From Candidatus Thorarchaeota archaeon (lineage in GTDB: Archaea > Asgardarchaeota > Thorarchaeia > Thorarchaeales > Thorarchaeaceae): 64,000 nt of DNA. Under the pieces are notes generated by a model. It was not told the origin of the DNA, did not search any database, and saw only the letters and a list, made by a program, of their open reading frames with translations. Position numbers and translations under genes: made by a program. The stretch's first letter is position 1. Each line of letters opens with the position of its first letter. The DNA is taken from the NCBI GenBank assembly GCA_048884965.1, contig JBHLQH010000007.1:93996-157995 (forward strand). Direction: 5' to 3'. Below are positions 27,394 to 37,438 of the stretch, in pieces.

Positions 27394-28083
27394 TCAATTA
27401 AAAACGTACCGTCGCGACGCTATGACATGGAACTCCTGCAATGAATCATCCATCTCGACAGTATGAAGGATATCAAAATCAGTACCCAGTTCTGTAGTTA
27501 CCTGAGTTCTCATCTCCTCATTGAGCCGCGACTTCATAGCACAAACGAGTATTCCTGAGTCTTTCAACAAAGGCGTGTATCTTTCGACCAGCTTTAGTGT
27601 GCCATCCGGGTCAGTCGTGACATCTATCAGCAATAAATCAAGTGCTCCTTTTGCACAGACAATCTCTGGGTCAATCTCGAACGCATCTGCTATGAGCACA
27701 GACACATTCTCATATCGGCGGACAATCTCTGTCAGGTGTGGTCGAAATTCGTCTGAAACCTCAATCCCAGTAACCATGACCTGTCGTGTGGCAAGATATG
27801 ACAGGAATCCCCCAGCTGAACTACCGATATCGAGAGCAATTCCACCTTGCGATATGAGGTCCCTTCCAAGTATAAGCTCAATCCTTTCCAACTTCCTGTA
27901 GCCATGAGGTAGATCAATCGCATCCTCGGAAACCACGATATCCTCAGTGCCATCCACGTACTTGGAAGGCTTTGCCACTCTTCCATCCACAGTGACATGT
28001 CCTTCTTTAATCGCTCTTTTTGCTGCCTGTCTTGATGAGAACCTTCCATCTTCAACAAGCCAGATATCAAGCCTTGGCACCAT
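27394..28083 (-). CDS. TlyA/FtsJ-like RNA methyltransferase with S4 domain
   Basis: RLDIWLVE.G.FSSRQAAKRAIKEG.V.VDG (S4 domain) and LDIGSSAGGF (SAM motif). Confidence 0.88.
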   Translation of the reverse strand: MVPRLDIWLVEDGRFSSRQAAKRAIKEGHVTVDGRVAKPSKYVDGTEDIVVSEDAIDLPHGYRKLERIELILGRDLISQGGIALDIGSSAGGFLSYLATRQVMVTGIEVSDEFRPHLTEIVRRYENVSVLIADAFEIDPEIVCAKGALDLLLIDVTTDPDGTLKLVERYTPLLKDSGILVCAMKSRLNEEMRTQVTTELGTDFDILHTVEMDDSLQEFHVIASRRYVFN

Positions 28084-28840
28084 GTTTCGCCGCCTGTATC
28101 TCTCGAGGTATGAATAGATGCATTGGGACACCGCGAAGGCGAGGACCTATCGCTGCTAGTATCCCAGAAGCACGAGTACTCCGCTTGCATTGTAAGGCGA
28201 ACTCAAAGATTCCCAGCTTCTCAATCTTGTAGATATCATCAGTATGTCCGGCCTTTTCCAGAGTGGCCTCAAGCATTTCCTGATTGGCGCCAAATACTAG
28301 GAGGCGCTCATGGTCATCTGTCACCCATTCATTATAGCGTTCCAAGAAACTCTGTGAGAACTCCGCACCGATTTGCTCATTCTCGAAATTCACCTCTGAG
28401 ACTTGGATTTCAACGGGTAGATAGTCCACGAGGACCAAGCTACGAGCGAGTCTTCGTAAGGGTACACCTTCCATGCCCATTTGCTCCCGCAGTCGGTGTA
28501 GAGGAAGAAGCGCATCTATTTTCGACTCTGACAGTCCGACATCGACATAGATACCATACCCCACCTTTCCAACATCTGTCAACTGACCTGAGTATACACG
28601 TTCAGGCAGTATCTCATGAGATGCAGGTGCCTTTCCATACTCTTGTGACAGAAGATTGATCACAAACTCCGAATCAGGTCCTTCAACTGAGAGGAATACA
28701 TGTTCTCTCTTATCAACGTCCAGAATTACAGACGACAGGTCCAACTCACTGATTATAGTCTCTATCTCAGACTGCAGAGTGGTCAATAGCCTGTTCCGAT
28801 ATTGCCCATATACCTTGGGCACAAGAGTGATGGTTTTCAA
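28067..28840 (-). CDS. DUF2110-like archaeal protein (S1/OB-fold)
   Basis: GKVGYGIYVDVG motif, in its typical position downstream of tfe. Confidence 0.75.
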   Translation of the reverse strand: MKTITLVPKVYGQYRNRLLTTLQSEIETIISELDLSSVILDVDKREHVFLSVEGPDSEFVINLLSQEYGKAPASHEILPERVYSGQLTDVGKVGYGIYVDVGLSESKIDALLPLHRLREQMGMEGVPLRRLARSLVLVDYLPVEIQVSEVNFENEQIGAEFSQSFLERYNEWVTDDHERLLVFGANQEMLEATLEKAGHTDDIYKIEKLGIFEFALQCKRSTRASGILAAIGPRLRGVPMHLFIPREIQAAKHGAKA

Positions 28841-28907
28841 TTAGAGCTACCCATTGCAATCTGAAAAGATGTGTTCCTAAGTAGTTTTGGAAGTGTTTAA
28901 AGAAAGG

Positions 28908-29435
28908 CTAGCTTACGGACGTGGCCTTCAAATCTGCCTTTAGTTCCTCTACACGCTTCTTCAGGAACGAAACAGCCCTCTTATTGTCTACAAACTCCAA
29001 GGCGCCATTGCAGGTGGGGCATCGAAATGAGAGATTCATAGCTTCCTCAAAAGGAACTGGTGAGGAGTCTCTGTTAACGCAGGCATACAGGTCATTATTG
29101 CTCTCATGCTCAAGTCGTTGTTCCAACAGGTTCAGCACCATTCGCTTCTTGCGATTCACAAGTGCCTGTGCTTTCTTTGGATCAATCTTCCAATAATAGA
29201 GGAACCATCCTGTGTTCGTGTCCCTGATCCTACGATATGATGCTAGATGGTTATCATGAAGTTTGTATAGAATACGACGAACAACATTCAGCTTAAGGTC
29301 GGTCTTTGTGGCAATCTCTTCATCAGTGGTTTCGTCCGCATTGACCAAGACCGTTGCAACATCAACTCCTTCTTTCCCTGCTATTTCTTCGACGACTAGA
29401 CGGAAGAGATCACTGTTGAAGTTAGGATGTGCCAT
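28908..29435 (-). CDS. tfe: Transcription factor E (TFIIE alpha)
   Basis: TDEEIA...LN.VRRILYKL, RD..TGWFLYYW, FEEAM..SFRCPTCNG.LEFVDN. Confidence 0.95.
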   Translation of the reverse strand: MAHPNFNSDLFRLVVEEIAGKEGVDVATVLVNADETTDEEIATKTDLKLNVVRRILYKLHDNHLASYRRIRDTNTGWFLYYWKIDPKKAQALVNRKKRMVLNLLEQRLEHESNNDLYACVNRDSSPVPFEEAMNLSFRCPTCNGALEFVDNKRAVSFLKKRVEELKADLKATSVS

Positions 29436-29603
29436 TGTTATGATTTCACCTGAATGCTATGTGGATAGTTGAATGAACCCGCTGATAGTCAAAAGACCAA
29501 AGCCGAGAAGTGTATGCTATTAATAATATATACTCATATACTATTTAAGCTGACCTGTTACACCATATTATTTTCTCGAGCACTCTACCTACTATCGATG
29601 CCC

Positions 29604-30185
29604 TTACTCGCTCTTTTGCGATTTCTTCTTCTTTACCTTGACAATGTCTCCGAGGGTCGGACCCGCTGCATCCTTTTCGCGTGTGATCTTTAGTGGGACA
29701 GCATCGATTGGTTCTAGTAGCGAAACATCCAGCTCGCGCTCTAACCCGCGAATTGTCTTTCTCGTAGGTTTTAGTCTTCCAGACTCTATAGATTGGAGAG
29801 TAGAAATTCTCTCTCCGACCTTTTGTGCCAATTCATCCTGACTGAGATTCTTCTTCTGCCTAGCTTTTCTGATGGTTTCTGCATAATCCTCAATTAGGAC
29901 CATATCATCAAGAAGTGGCGCCGACTCTGGTCTCGGTCTTGATTTCTTTGGAGCCGCTGGCGTTGAAAACGTCTGCGGACGGGTTGGTGCCGCTGGTCTG
30001 GGGCTGGAACTCCCAGTCCAAGATGGCTGGCTTGGTCGATCATATCTAGGTCTACCAGATGACTCAGAGGATTGTCCTCCAAATTTATCCGCACATTGAG
30101 GACATACTTGCATCTCTGCGCCTTCAATGGTAACATTTCTACCTCTTCCTTTCATGTTCCTGCCGCATAGTTCACAACTAGGCAT
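29604..30185 (-). CDS. mbf1: Archaeal multiprotein-bridging factor 1 (aMBF1)
   Basis: CELCG...IEGAEMQVCPQC zinc ribbon, Cro-type HTH and the TLGDIV motif. Confidence 0.92.
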   Translation of the reverse strand: MPSCELCGRNMKGRGRNVTIEGAEMQVCPQCADKFGGQSSESSGRPRYDRPSQPSWTGSSSPRPAAPTRPQTFSTPAAPKKSRPRPESAPLLDDMVLIEDYAETIRKARQKKNLSQDELAQKVGERISTLQSIESGRLKPTRKTIRGLERELDVSLLEPIDAVPLKITREKDAAGPTLGDIVKVKKKKSQKSE

Positions 30186-30378
30186 AGTGTTTCCCTCTCA
30201 CTCATACCTCGGAGTGTGAGATAGATAAACGTTGACTTTGCTCCATATAATCTAAAATCTCAGATTCTTGATTCATTATTGCTAAAAAGATAAGGTTTCC
30301 CCAATTATTACGATAGAACTAATGAGATTTTCTCCGTACCTTCCAATTTTGCAGCATGCTATGCTATTGTATCCACAA

Positions 30379-31416
30379 TCATCCATAGTACAATTTGCGC
30401 ATTTTCTTTTCATTTGGCCGCTCGACAATACCCTTGTCAGTTATGATTGCTGTAACAAGCTCGGGAGGAGTGGTATCAAAAGCTGGGTTGTAAACCTTCG
30501 CAGTTGGAACTGTAACAGGAATCCCGTTAATGACTCGGATCTCATCGGGACTTCGCTCTTCTATCTCGATATCATCGGGATTCGTTTCCATATCGATAGT
30601 AGACATAGGAGCCGCAACATAGAATGGGATATTATGATATTTTGCGGTTATTGCCATGGTGTATGTCCCAATCTTGTTAGTGACATGTCCAGTGCGAAGT
30701 ATCCTGTCCGCTCCCACAACACAACAATCAATTCTCCCGTCTCTGAAAACAGTCCCAATCATGCCATCTGTAATGAGAGTAGTATCGATATCATCTTCCA
30801 TCATCTCAAAGACAGTCAGCCTTGCACCCTGCTGCCGAGGACGAGTTTCAGCTGCATAGACTTTGATATCACCTTTGTACTTCTCATGTGCGACTCTGAT
30901 GACCGCACCGACCGTACCTAGATGTACGGTTGCAAGAGACCCCGCATTGCAGATCGTTTGAATCGTGAAACCTGGTCTGATGTATTGAAGAGCGTGCTCA
31001 CCTATGCTCCGGCACATTCGAACATCCTCTTCAGCGATTTCCTTCGCCTCTGCAATCAGAATCTGGACTATCCTCTCGACATCGTCTTCTGCTGTTCTAG
31101 CCACCTCAAGTATCCGTCTAGTGGCCCAAGTAAGATTAACAGCTGTAGGCCGAGTATTCAGTGTAATTGCAGCTTTCTCAAGGAATTCTATCAATGAATC
31201 CTTTGTCTTTGCCTTACTCTCAATCGCCGCCAATGCCATACCCATTCCGGCCGCCGCGCCAATTGCAGGAGCTCCACGCACTTCCATGATCTCAATAGCT
31301 TGAGCCATTCTCTCATGACTATCAGTGATGATGTGCTCTACCTGCAAAGGCAGTTTCGTTTGATCAACAAGTCGTACTTGGTTCGTATCATCAAGCCACT
31401 CAATAGTCCTAAACAT
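30379..31416 (-). CDS. mtnA: S-methyl-5-thioribose-1-phosphate isomerase (eIF2B-like family)
   Basis: VRGAPAIG, TRPTAVNL, CNAGSLAT, ETRP..QGARLT, NKIGTY and NPAFDTTP. Confidence 0.9.
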   Translation of the reverse strand: MFRTIEWLDDTNQVRLVDQTKLPLQVEHIITDSHERMAQAIEIMEVRGAPAIGAAAGMGMALAAIESKAKTKDSLIEFLEKAAITLNTRPTAVNLTWATRRILEVARTAEDDVERIVQILIAEAKEIAEEDVRMCRSIGEHALQYIRPGFTIQTICNAGSLATVHLGTVGAVIRVAHEKYKGDIKVYAAETRPRQQGARLTVFEMMEDDIDTTLITDGMIGTVFRDGRIDCCVVGADRILRTGHVTNKIGTYTMAITAKYHNIPFYVAAPMSTIDMETNPDDIEIEERSPDEIRVINGIPVTVPTAKVYNPAFDTTPPELVTAIITDKGIVERPNEKKMRKLYYG

Positions 31417-31918
31417 GGTCCTTTCCTCGTAAGTGGGTTTCCAAGAGAGAGTCAATCGCACTAATAAGCTTCCTAGCTATCTCGTCGATGACTGGAGTCA
31501 ATCCCTCTCCAAATAGTATACTTTGTGGTTGAACTCCTAACAGGATGGTCTTTCCATTTGTGGAGTCTTCCAAGTATTGCATCAAGAACGAAAGAGGCAT
31601 GCTATGAGTACTAATTGCGATGCCACCAATCCTGTCCTTTGTGACCAACTCGATGTGTCCCACGGGTTTTCGCATATCTGCAGCATCTACCATGATGACA
31701 CGTTCTGCTCCAAACTCAGCTAGTGGCCTTGCGAATGCTTCTGGTACAGAGCCAACATTCTCTATGAGCACATGAGGATGCCTTGTATGAAGACTATTCA
31801 CGATGAATGGACCAAGTCCATCATCTGTACGTAGATCGTTCCCTATGCCAAGAATCGCAATACGTTCTGCTCCTCGAATGAATTCTTCTAGATGACGGAT
31901 AATTTCAGAGTCGATCAC
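31409..31918 (-). CDS. hycI: Hydrogenase maturation endopeptidase (HycI-type)
   Basis: LGIGNDLRTDDGLG, VDAA, STHSMPL and LLGVQP. Confidence 0.9.
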   Translation of the reverse strand: MIDSEIIRHLEEFIRGAERIAILGIGNDLRTDDGLGPFIVNSLHTRHPHVLIENVGSVPEAFARPLAEFGAERVIMVDAADMRKPVGHIELVTKDRIGGIAISTHSMPLSFLMQYLEDSTNGKTILLGVQPQSILFGEGLTPVIDEIARKLISAIDSLLETHLRGKDHV

Positions 31919-32019
31919 AGTTCTCGACCACTACTATCCTGCTTTAGTTCTTTTTATTGGACACGTCGAAGCCTTTTTCACAATACAACACCGCGACATC
32001 ACTTGTAGGCGAATGAAAA

Positions 32020-32655
32020 TTGTCAGACCCTGATGAGAATAGTCCATTTGACCCCGTAGAAGAGATAGAAGAGGTCATCGAGGAAGAGCTTGAGGAGGAA
32101 GAAGAGCCTTCAGATGCACTATTCGAGAATAACAAGGGATACGTCAATAACAGTGACTCTGACAGAATCGCACAACAAGGCTTCTATGGAACACGTCTTG
32201 AAGATGGACGGCTTGAATTGGAGCCCGTTGAGATACTTCACCTACTTGAAAGAAAGAGAATAACCCTTGCCAAGTCTGATGGTACTACGATAGATGCAGC
32301 TTATGTCATCAATTCTCTCATATCTGAGGATTCAGATCTTTGGGTCAAGTATCTTGTCTTTCGCGACTTACGAAGCAGAGGCTATGCAGTCCGCCAAGGT
32401 TTTGGTGGGGGAATCGGCTTCAGGGTCTATGCCCGAGGTGATAAGCCTGGCACAGCCACCGCAAAACAGCTAATCTATGTCCTAAAGGAAGGAGATCCCA
32501 TATCACTGCATGATCTGAATATGGTGACTGATACTGCTGTGGCTGCAAGAAAGAACCTACTATTCGCACTTGTCGATCAGAATGGTGAAGTCAACTATTA
32601 CAAAGTCGCCCAAGCCAAACTACGCGAAGTTGGAGGGAAATCGAACAATGACTGA
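32020..32655 (+). CDS. endA: tRNA-splicing endonuclease subunit (probably the structural, non-catalytic type)
   Basis: LEPVEILHLLE, YLVFRDLRSRGY, FRVY and RKNLLFALVD.NGEVNYY. The catalytic His position reads T/A. Confidence 0.85.
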   Translation: MSDPDENSPFDPVEEIEEVIEEELEEEEEPSDALFENNKGYVNNSDSDRIAQQGFYGTRLEDGRLELEPVEILHLLERKRITLAKSDGTTIDAAYVINSLISEDSDLWVKYLVFRDLRSRGYAVRQGFGGGIGFRVYARGDKPGTATAKQLIYVLKEGDPISLHDLNMVTDTAVAARKNLLFALVDQNGEVNYYKVAQAKLREVGGKSNND

Positions 32656-33919
32656 TGACGATTGGATTGAAAATGACGAAGAGATTGTGAAGCTTGATGC
32701 TTTCTTTGATGAACATACCATGAGCGTGCACCTGATAGAGAATAACCCTCCACGCGCAAAGAGAGGAATGCCAGGAGATTGGTCCTTAGTTGAGCTATCA
32801 GAGAGGATTCTAACACATGAGGAACTTGATATCTTGGCTGAGGCGATCATTGAAACGGCAAGGAATGACCGACAGTCCTTCATTGAGATAGAAGAAGAGG
32901 GTGCTGCTGTTGTCCAGCTTAGAAATCTGCGTATTGCAATAGCAACACCTCCCTTTTCTGACAAGTATGAGATTTCAGCCATTCGGCCAATCAAGAAGCT
33001 GACGCTAGATGATTATGGGCTAAGTCCGAAGCTAACAAACCGTCTTGAAACCCGCGCAGAGGGTATCTTAGTTACGGGATCCCCTGGGTCAGGAAAATCA
33101 ACATTTTCCGCTGCACTTGCCGAATTCTACAGTAGGAAGGGGAATATTGTCAAGACCTTGGAACAGCCTCGTGACCTACAAGTTTCTGAGGATATTGTAC
33201 AGTATTCGCCTCTTGATGGTAGCATGGAAAAAGCAGCTGACATCCTTTTGCTTGTCCGACCTGACTATGTAATCTATGATGAGCTAAGAAAGTCAAGCGA
33301 TTTTTCAGCATATGCTGATCTTAGATCTGCTGGCGTAGGAATGGTAGGTGTGGTCCATGCAGGCTCTTCAATTGATGCAATTCAGAGATTGACCCTTGGA
33401 GGCCGAGTTGAGCTTGGTCAGCTTCCAAGCACCGTTGATACTGTTATTCATATTGAAGCAGGCCGTGTCGCTAAGGTTTCCTCTCTTTCATTGAAGGTGA
33501 AAATGCCCACAGGAATGAGCAGTTCTCAGAGAGATCTTGCTCGACCTGTAGTTGAAGTACGTGACTTCGAATTGGGCGTCCTTGAATATGAGATGTTCAC
33601 ATTTGGTGGTGAGAAGGTCGTTGTACCTGTAAGAGGCGGGCCTCGAGCTACAATGCCTAGAGATCAAGAGTCTCGACGAGGTAGACCCGGCGACACCATA
33701 CCAGTGAAAGTCAGCTATTCCAAGAAGAAAGTGACAATCTATGCCGGACCGAAGCATGCCAAACAGAGAATGGAGCTTTTTGCTGATGATAGTTATCTCA
33801 CAACAACAATGATTGGGCGAAATGGAGAAAGCTCGATTCGTATTAAGACACGCCAAGGGAGTATGATCGTCGATGCGATGGAAGAAGGTGCGACCATAAC
33901 TGCCAAGGTAGCTGAGTAG
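32648..33919 (+). CDS. PINA-family (VirB11/PilT-like) ATPase lacking the N-terminal PIN domain
   Basis: FFDEHTMSVHL, AEGILVTGSPGSGKSTF, LLLVRPDY.IYDELRK, GMVGVVHA and DLARPVVEVRDF. Confidence 0.88.
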   Translation: MTDDDWIENDEEIVKLDAFFDEHTMSVHLIENNPPRAKRGMPGDWSLVELSERILTHEELDILAEAIIETARNDRQSFIEIEEEGAAVVQLRNLRIAIATPPFSDKYEISAIRPIKKLTLDDYGLSPKLTNRLETRAEGILVTGSPGSGKSTFSAALAEFYSRKGNIVKTLEQPRDLQVSEDIVQYSPLDGSMEKAADILLLVRPDYVIYDELRKSSDFSAYADLRSAGVGMVGVVHAGSSIDAIQRLTLGGRVELGQLPSTVDTVIHIEAGRVAKVSSLSLKVKMPTGMSSSQRDLARPVVEVRDFELGVLEYEMFTFGGEKVVVPVRGGPRATMPRDQESRRGRPGDTIPVKVSYSKKKVTIYAGPKHAKQRMELFADDSYLTTTMIGRNGESSIRIKTRQGSMIVDAMEEGATITAKVAE

Positions 33920-33967
33920 GCTTCGGCAAAAGCTTTAACAAGAAAATAGCGATGTCGGCTGGTTTGT

Positions 33968-34045
33968 GGGACCGTTGCCTAGTATGGATAGGGCACTTGC
34001 CTCCTAAGCAAGGGGTCGCAGGTTCAAATCCTGCCGGTCCCGCCA
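33968..34045 (+). tRNA. tRNA-Arg(CCU)
   Basis: GGGACCG/CGGTCCC acceptor, CTTGC-CT-CCT-AA-GCAAG anticodon arm, CCA. Confidence 0.95.
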
Positions 34046-34102
34046 CTTTCTGATGGCTAGACAGAAGTCCTTAAGAACCGATGGAAAGAGAGTCACAATC
34101 AC

Positions 34103-34180
34103 GGGCGCGTAGTCTAGACTGGATAGGGCGCCAGCCTTCGAAGTTGGATGTCCCAGGTTCAAATCCTGGCGCGCCCGCCA
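34103..34180 (+). tRNA. tRNA-Arg(UCG)
   Basis: GGGCGCG/CGCGCCC acceptor, CCAGC-CT-TCG-AA-GTTGG anticodon arm, CCA. Confidence 0.95.
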
Positions 34181-34182
34181 CT

Positions 34183-34401
34183 CTATTTCTTTCCGAGTTT
34201 CTCACTCCAGACCTTCAAGAAATTCTCCAGAGACCTGTCGAACGTCTTCTCGGCATCCTTAGGAAATAGACATCCGGGTAGCTCTTGATGTTTCCAATGA
34301 TAGTCTAGGCAATCGCAACAGTATCCTTTACGAGAACAGCCCGGATACGAGCAAGTACATCGTTCAAGGTTTCGTTTCGTATTACATCTTCGTTCTGACA
34401 T
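34183..34401 (-). CDS. Small Cys-rich protein (DUF6485-like)
   Basis: CTCSYPGCSRKGYCCDCLDYH....ELPGCLF...EKTFDRS. Confidence 0.8.
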   Translation of the reverse strand: MSERRCNTKRNLERCTCSYPGCSRKGYCCDCLDYHWKHQELPGCLFPKDAEKTFDRSLENFLKVWSEKLGKK

Positions 34402-34478
34402 CGCTAGCCTCACATGACGCTAGGTACGAATCGTTAAAACCTGTGTGGTTCGTAGCGTAGATACAGTGTGAAAACAAA

Positions 34479-35267
34479 ATGACTGCTGGCACTGAAATCC
34501 TCTGGACTATCAAAGATCAGGAAGGAATTGAGGGACGCACGCTTGCCCCATCCAGAATCGAGGTCCTAGATAGGTTGCTCAAAGCCAACTACGGGTTTGA
34601 GGTTTCAGTAGAATCACTTGAGCGTCTACGAAGCAAGAAGAACATCGTACTTCATCTTGTTTTGAAGCAAGATCTAGAAGAATTTGATGTGGTAGCCAAG
34701 CTTTTCATCGAGAAGAGCTTCGAGATCGAAGTCGATGTCCTAGACCTTGGAGCAAGAACATCCTTGATGGTGCCCTCCAAAATAGCATCTCAAGATGAAG
34801 TGCTTCTCATGGGATATATTGATGGTTCTCTCCTTGTCGACACTCTAAATGAGAGCTTTGATATCTCGCTTATTGAAGGATTGGCGCAGTGGTATCATGA
34901 ATTCCATCAGAAGACAAGACATGTCAAGGGAGACCCTCGACTAAGAAATTTCCTTGTCAGCAATGGCATTATCTATGGTTTCGACTTCGAGGAGTACAGA
35001 GAGGCTCACTGGATGGAAGACATTGGTGGAATTGCTGCAAGTATCCTTGATACACGTCCTGTATTTGATGCGAGGAAGGTGAAGCTTGCATGGCACCTCC
35101 TTGAAACTTATCTTTCTCTATCTGGAATGGAGCGCAATGTATCCATTGACTCACATTTTACCAGAGTCATTGCGGATACCCTTGAGCAGACCGCCAAGTG
35201 GCGCGATGATAACCAGATTCTGGCACACTCAAGACGAGTGCGCCAGTACGGTCTATCTGTCGAATGA
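34479..35267 (+). CDS. Protein-kinase-like (APH/RIO/Bud32-like) phosphotransferase
   Basis: VVAKLF, KGDPRLRNFL catalytic loop and FDFE Mg-binding motif. Confidence 0.75.
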   Translation: MTAGTEILWTIKDQEGIEGRTLAPSRIEVLDRLLKANYGFEVSVESLERLRSKKNIVLHLVLKQDLEEFDVVAKLFIEKSFEIEVDVLDLGARTSLMVPSKIASQDEVLLMGYIDGSLLVDTLNESFDISLIEGLAQWYHEFHQKTRHVKGDPRLRNFLVSNGIIYGFDFEEYREAHWMEDIGGIAASILDTRPVFDARKVKLAWHLLETYLSLSGMERNVSIDSHFTRVIADTLEQTAKWRDDNQILAHSRRVRQYGLSVE

Positions 35268-35275
35268 GCTTTTGT

Positions 35276-36277
35276 CTATACAGTCCTGATTAGGACCTTT
35301 TCCATGAAGAAACCTGGAATAGCGAATCCAAAATCTTGTAGATTCTGTTGAGAGATATCATCTTGTACATGAAGTAGATAGTATAGTATCGATAGACCAT
35401 TCAGTGAGCACCAAGATGCAGCCTGAGAAATCAGCGCTCTGGCGATGATTACATTTTCGTGCTCAGGTGCTATCGCAGCATCATAGATCAATCCAACTTT
35501 CTCGCTGAACTCTGGGATTCCTATGAAGATATAGCCTGCGATCGACCCATCCGAGCCCTCAACTACAAAAACACTGTGTTTTCTTTCCATTTTCTCTATT
35601 TTTTCGAGATACTCGTCATATTTCTCCCGAATTTGCTCATCTGTGATATCCTTTGACAGTCTTACCATCCTGTTGAACGATTTCAGCCCAATTTCGTGAA
35701 TGGGTACATTATCTGCTTTGATTCGTTCGCGAATCATATACCCTTCAATCTCAGGTTCGGGAAGATTCTCTGCGATTTTCATCGACATTGGAATGTTTTT
35801 GATGAAATATCCTTCAGTTTTGTACAGATTGATTGCTGATGTGTTGTCTTCATGAACGAACAATCCGATGTTCTGGTCCATCTCAAGTGCGAACTGCTCA
35901 GCTTGCTTCATTAGTAGCTTTCCAAGGCCATTTCCACGGAATTTCGAGTCAACTACGATGTCATAGATCCATTGAGGTCTCTGAAAGTCCCAGTGGTCCA
36001 TACTATTCCTTTCTCCCATCCATAGATAGCCACAGTACTCGCCAGCATCATTCTCAACTATGAAGACCCTCGATTTTGGATTAGAGAAGTCAGTGTACTC
36101 TTCCATCTCTTTTCTATTAGCTTCCATCAGTTCAGTATCAGATTTCCCTGGATTTGCCTCTACTATTTGGTCATACATGGATCTCCTGTTTGTCATTGAT
36201 TTCAGAGTTTCAAAGCTTAGTTTGAAGAAAAAGTTCCATTCAGCATCAGTTTCCGCTTGTCTAATAGAGAATTCCAT
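35276..36277 (-). CDS. Tandem GNAT acetyltransferase
   Basis: VDSKFRGNGLGKLLM and NTSAINLYKTEGY, plus a second degenerate GNAT domain. Confidence 0.85.
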   Translation of the reverse strand: MEFSIRQAETDAEWNFFFKLSFETLKSMTNRRSMYDQIVEANPGKSDTELMEANRKEMEEYTDFSNPKSRVFIVENDAGEYCGYLWMGERNSMDHWDFQRPQWIYDIVVDSKFRGNGLGKLLMKQAEQFALEMDQNIGLFVHEDNTSAINLYKTEGYFIKNIPMSMKIAENLPEPEIEGYMIRERIKADNVPIHEIGLKSFNRMVRLSKDITDEQIREKYDEYLEKIEKMERKHSVFVVEGSDGSIAGYIFIGIPEFSEKVGLIYDAAIAPEHENVIIARALISQAASWCSLNGLSILYYLLHVQDDISQQNLQDFGFAIPGFFMEKVLIRTV

Positions 36278-36288
36278 CTTTGATTACC

Positions 36289-37068
36289 TCACATCTCTGA
36301 AGGAACCTTGCCAACTGGCGAGATATAGACGGTCATCTCATCCTGCCCGTCTACCCGAATGAGTTCATCAATCGTAGTCTGTTCATATGCCGCAATGGCA
36401 CATGTACCTGCACCTATGCCCTCACAGGCAAGGTATAGATTCTGGCATATATGACCTGCCTCAATCAGGATGTCCTTGTAGCTTATGAGACTGTACCGCC
36501 ATTCTGTCTTGTATGGTATAGCCGCCCAGACAAAGACCACCGCTGACTTACCAATGAAGTTCTGGTACCAAGCCTTTTCCATGAGTTCTTCTGCCGCCGG
36601 AAGCTCATTGCTAACCACTACCAACTTGTGCTCTATTGGCAGATAACGATACACTCCACAAGCAAGTCCTTCGATGTTATTGACGAGGAGATAGGTTTCG
36701 AAGGGTTGTCTTCCCCCTCCCGATGGGGCTGCACGTTTTGTCCATACCTTATTCTTGTCAACTTCACGAACACCTTGTGTTGACCAGAGTAGGAATGACA
36801 GCTCTTCTAGGGTCAATGCTTCTTCAGTAAATACCCTGTGACTCTTACGTCTTGCAATTGCATCAATAAGGGGAATCCTTCCAATCTGGAACTGCTTAGG
36901 TTCTATCAAATCTATCAGTTCAGCAGTAGGATCATACGGTTTCTCAAGTGGAGGTGGTGCTTTTCCTTTTCGCTGGTCTGGCTCCCACCAAGGCTCAGGA
37001 GGGAATGAATCGTAGTCATGCGCTTTCAATAGTTCTCTTCTTTCTTTGATAATCTTATCATAATCCAT
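36289..37068 (-). CDS. SagB/ThcOx-family nitroreductase-like dehydrogenase
   Basis: RRKSHR.F, RAAPSGG, GVYRY.P.EH.L and EAGHICQNLYL. Confidence 0.88.
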   Translation of the reverse strand: MDYDKIIKERRELLKAHDYDSFPPEPWWEPDQRKGKAPPPLEKPYDPTAELIDLIEPKQFQIGRIPLIDAIARRKSHRVFTEEALTLEELSFLLWSTQGVREVDKNKVWTKRAAPSGGGRQPFETYLLVNNIEGLACGVYRYLPIEHKLVVVSNELPAAEELMEKAWYQNFIGKSAVVFVWAAIPYKTEWRYSLISYKDILIEAGHICQNLYLACEGIGAGTCAIAAYEQTTIDELIRVDGQDEMTVYISPVGKVPSEM

Positions 37069-37273
37069 TTGTTATTCCTCAATTGAATACTATATTCGTA
37101 CTTACAATCCCACTACAACAATAATCATGTCCAAGCCTTGGTATAAGGCTTGATAAGAAAGCAAACTTTGTTTCCCTATACCCGCCTAACAAGCCAACAT
37201 GTCTTCTTTTATTTGCTCTAATATTAACTGCAGAGCAATCCTTTTATTCGATTTAGGAAGGAGAACGGAGCAT

Positions 37274-37350
37274 CGGGATGTAGCTCAACTTGGCAGAGCT
37301 ATGGACTGTAGATCCATCGGTTGCCGGTTCAAATCCGGCCATCCCGACCA
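37274..37350 (+). tRNA. tRNA-Tyr(GUA), intron-less
   Basis: C1-G72 acceptor CGGGATG/CATCCCG, ATGGA-CT-GTA-GA-TCCAT anticodon arm, CCA. Confidence 0.93.
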
Positions 37351-37438
37351 CTTCTTTTCTACAGGTTGATCAAATCCTGCTTTCAAGAGTAGCCTATTAA
37401 GCCGAGTGGGCCCCCTCCAAACAAAGTAGGTGTGTGAG

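Noticed and set aside
33843-34269. ORFs 33843-34046 and 34081-34269
   Set aside because: These are translations across the two tRNA-Arg genes.
36289-37068. SagB-like dehydrogenase as part of a RiPP (azole) cluster
   Set aside because: No YcaO or cyclodehydratase and no convincing precursor nearby. Stand-alone SagB-like nitroreductases are common in anaerobes.
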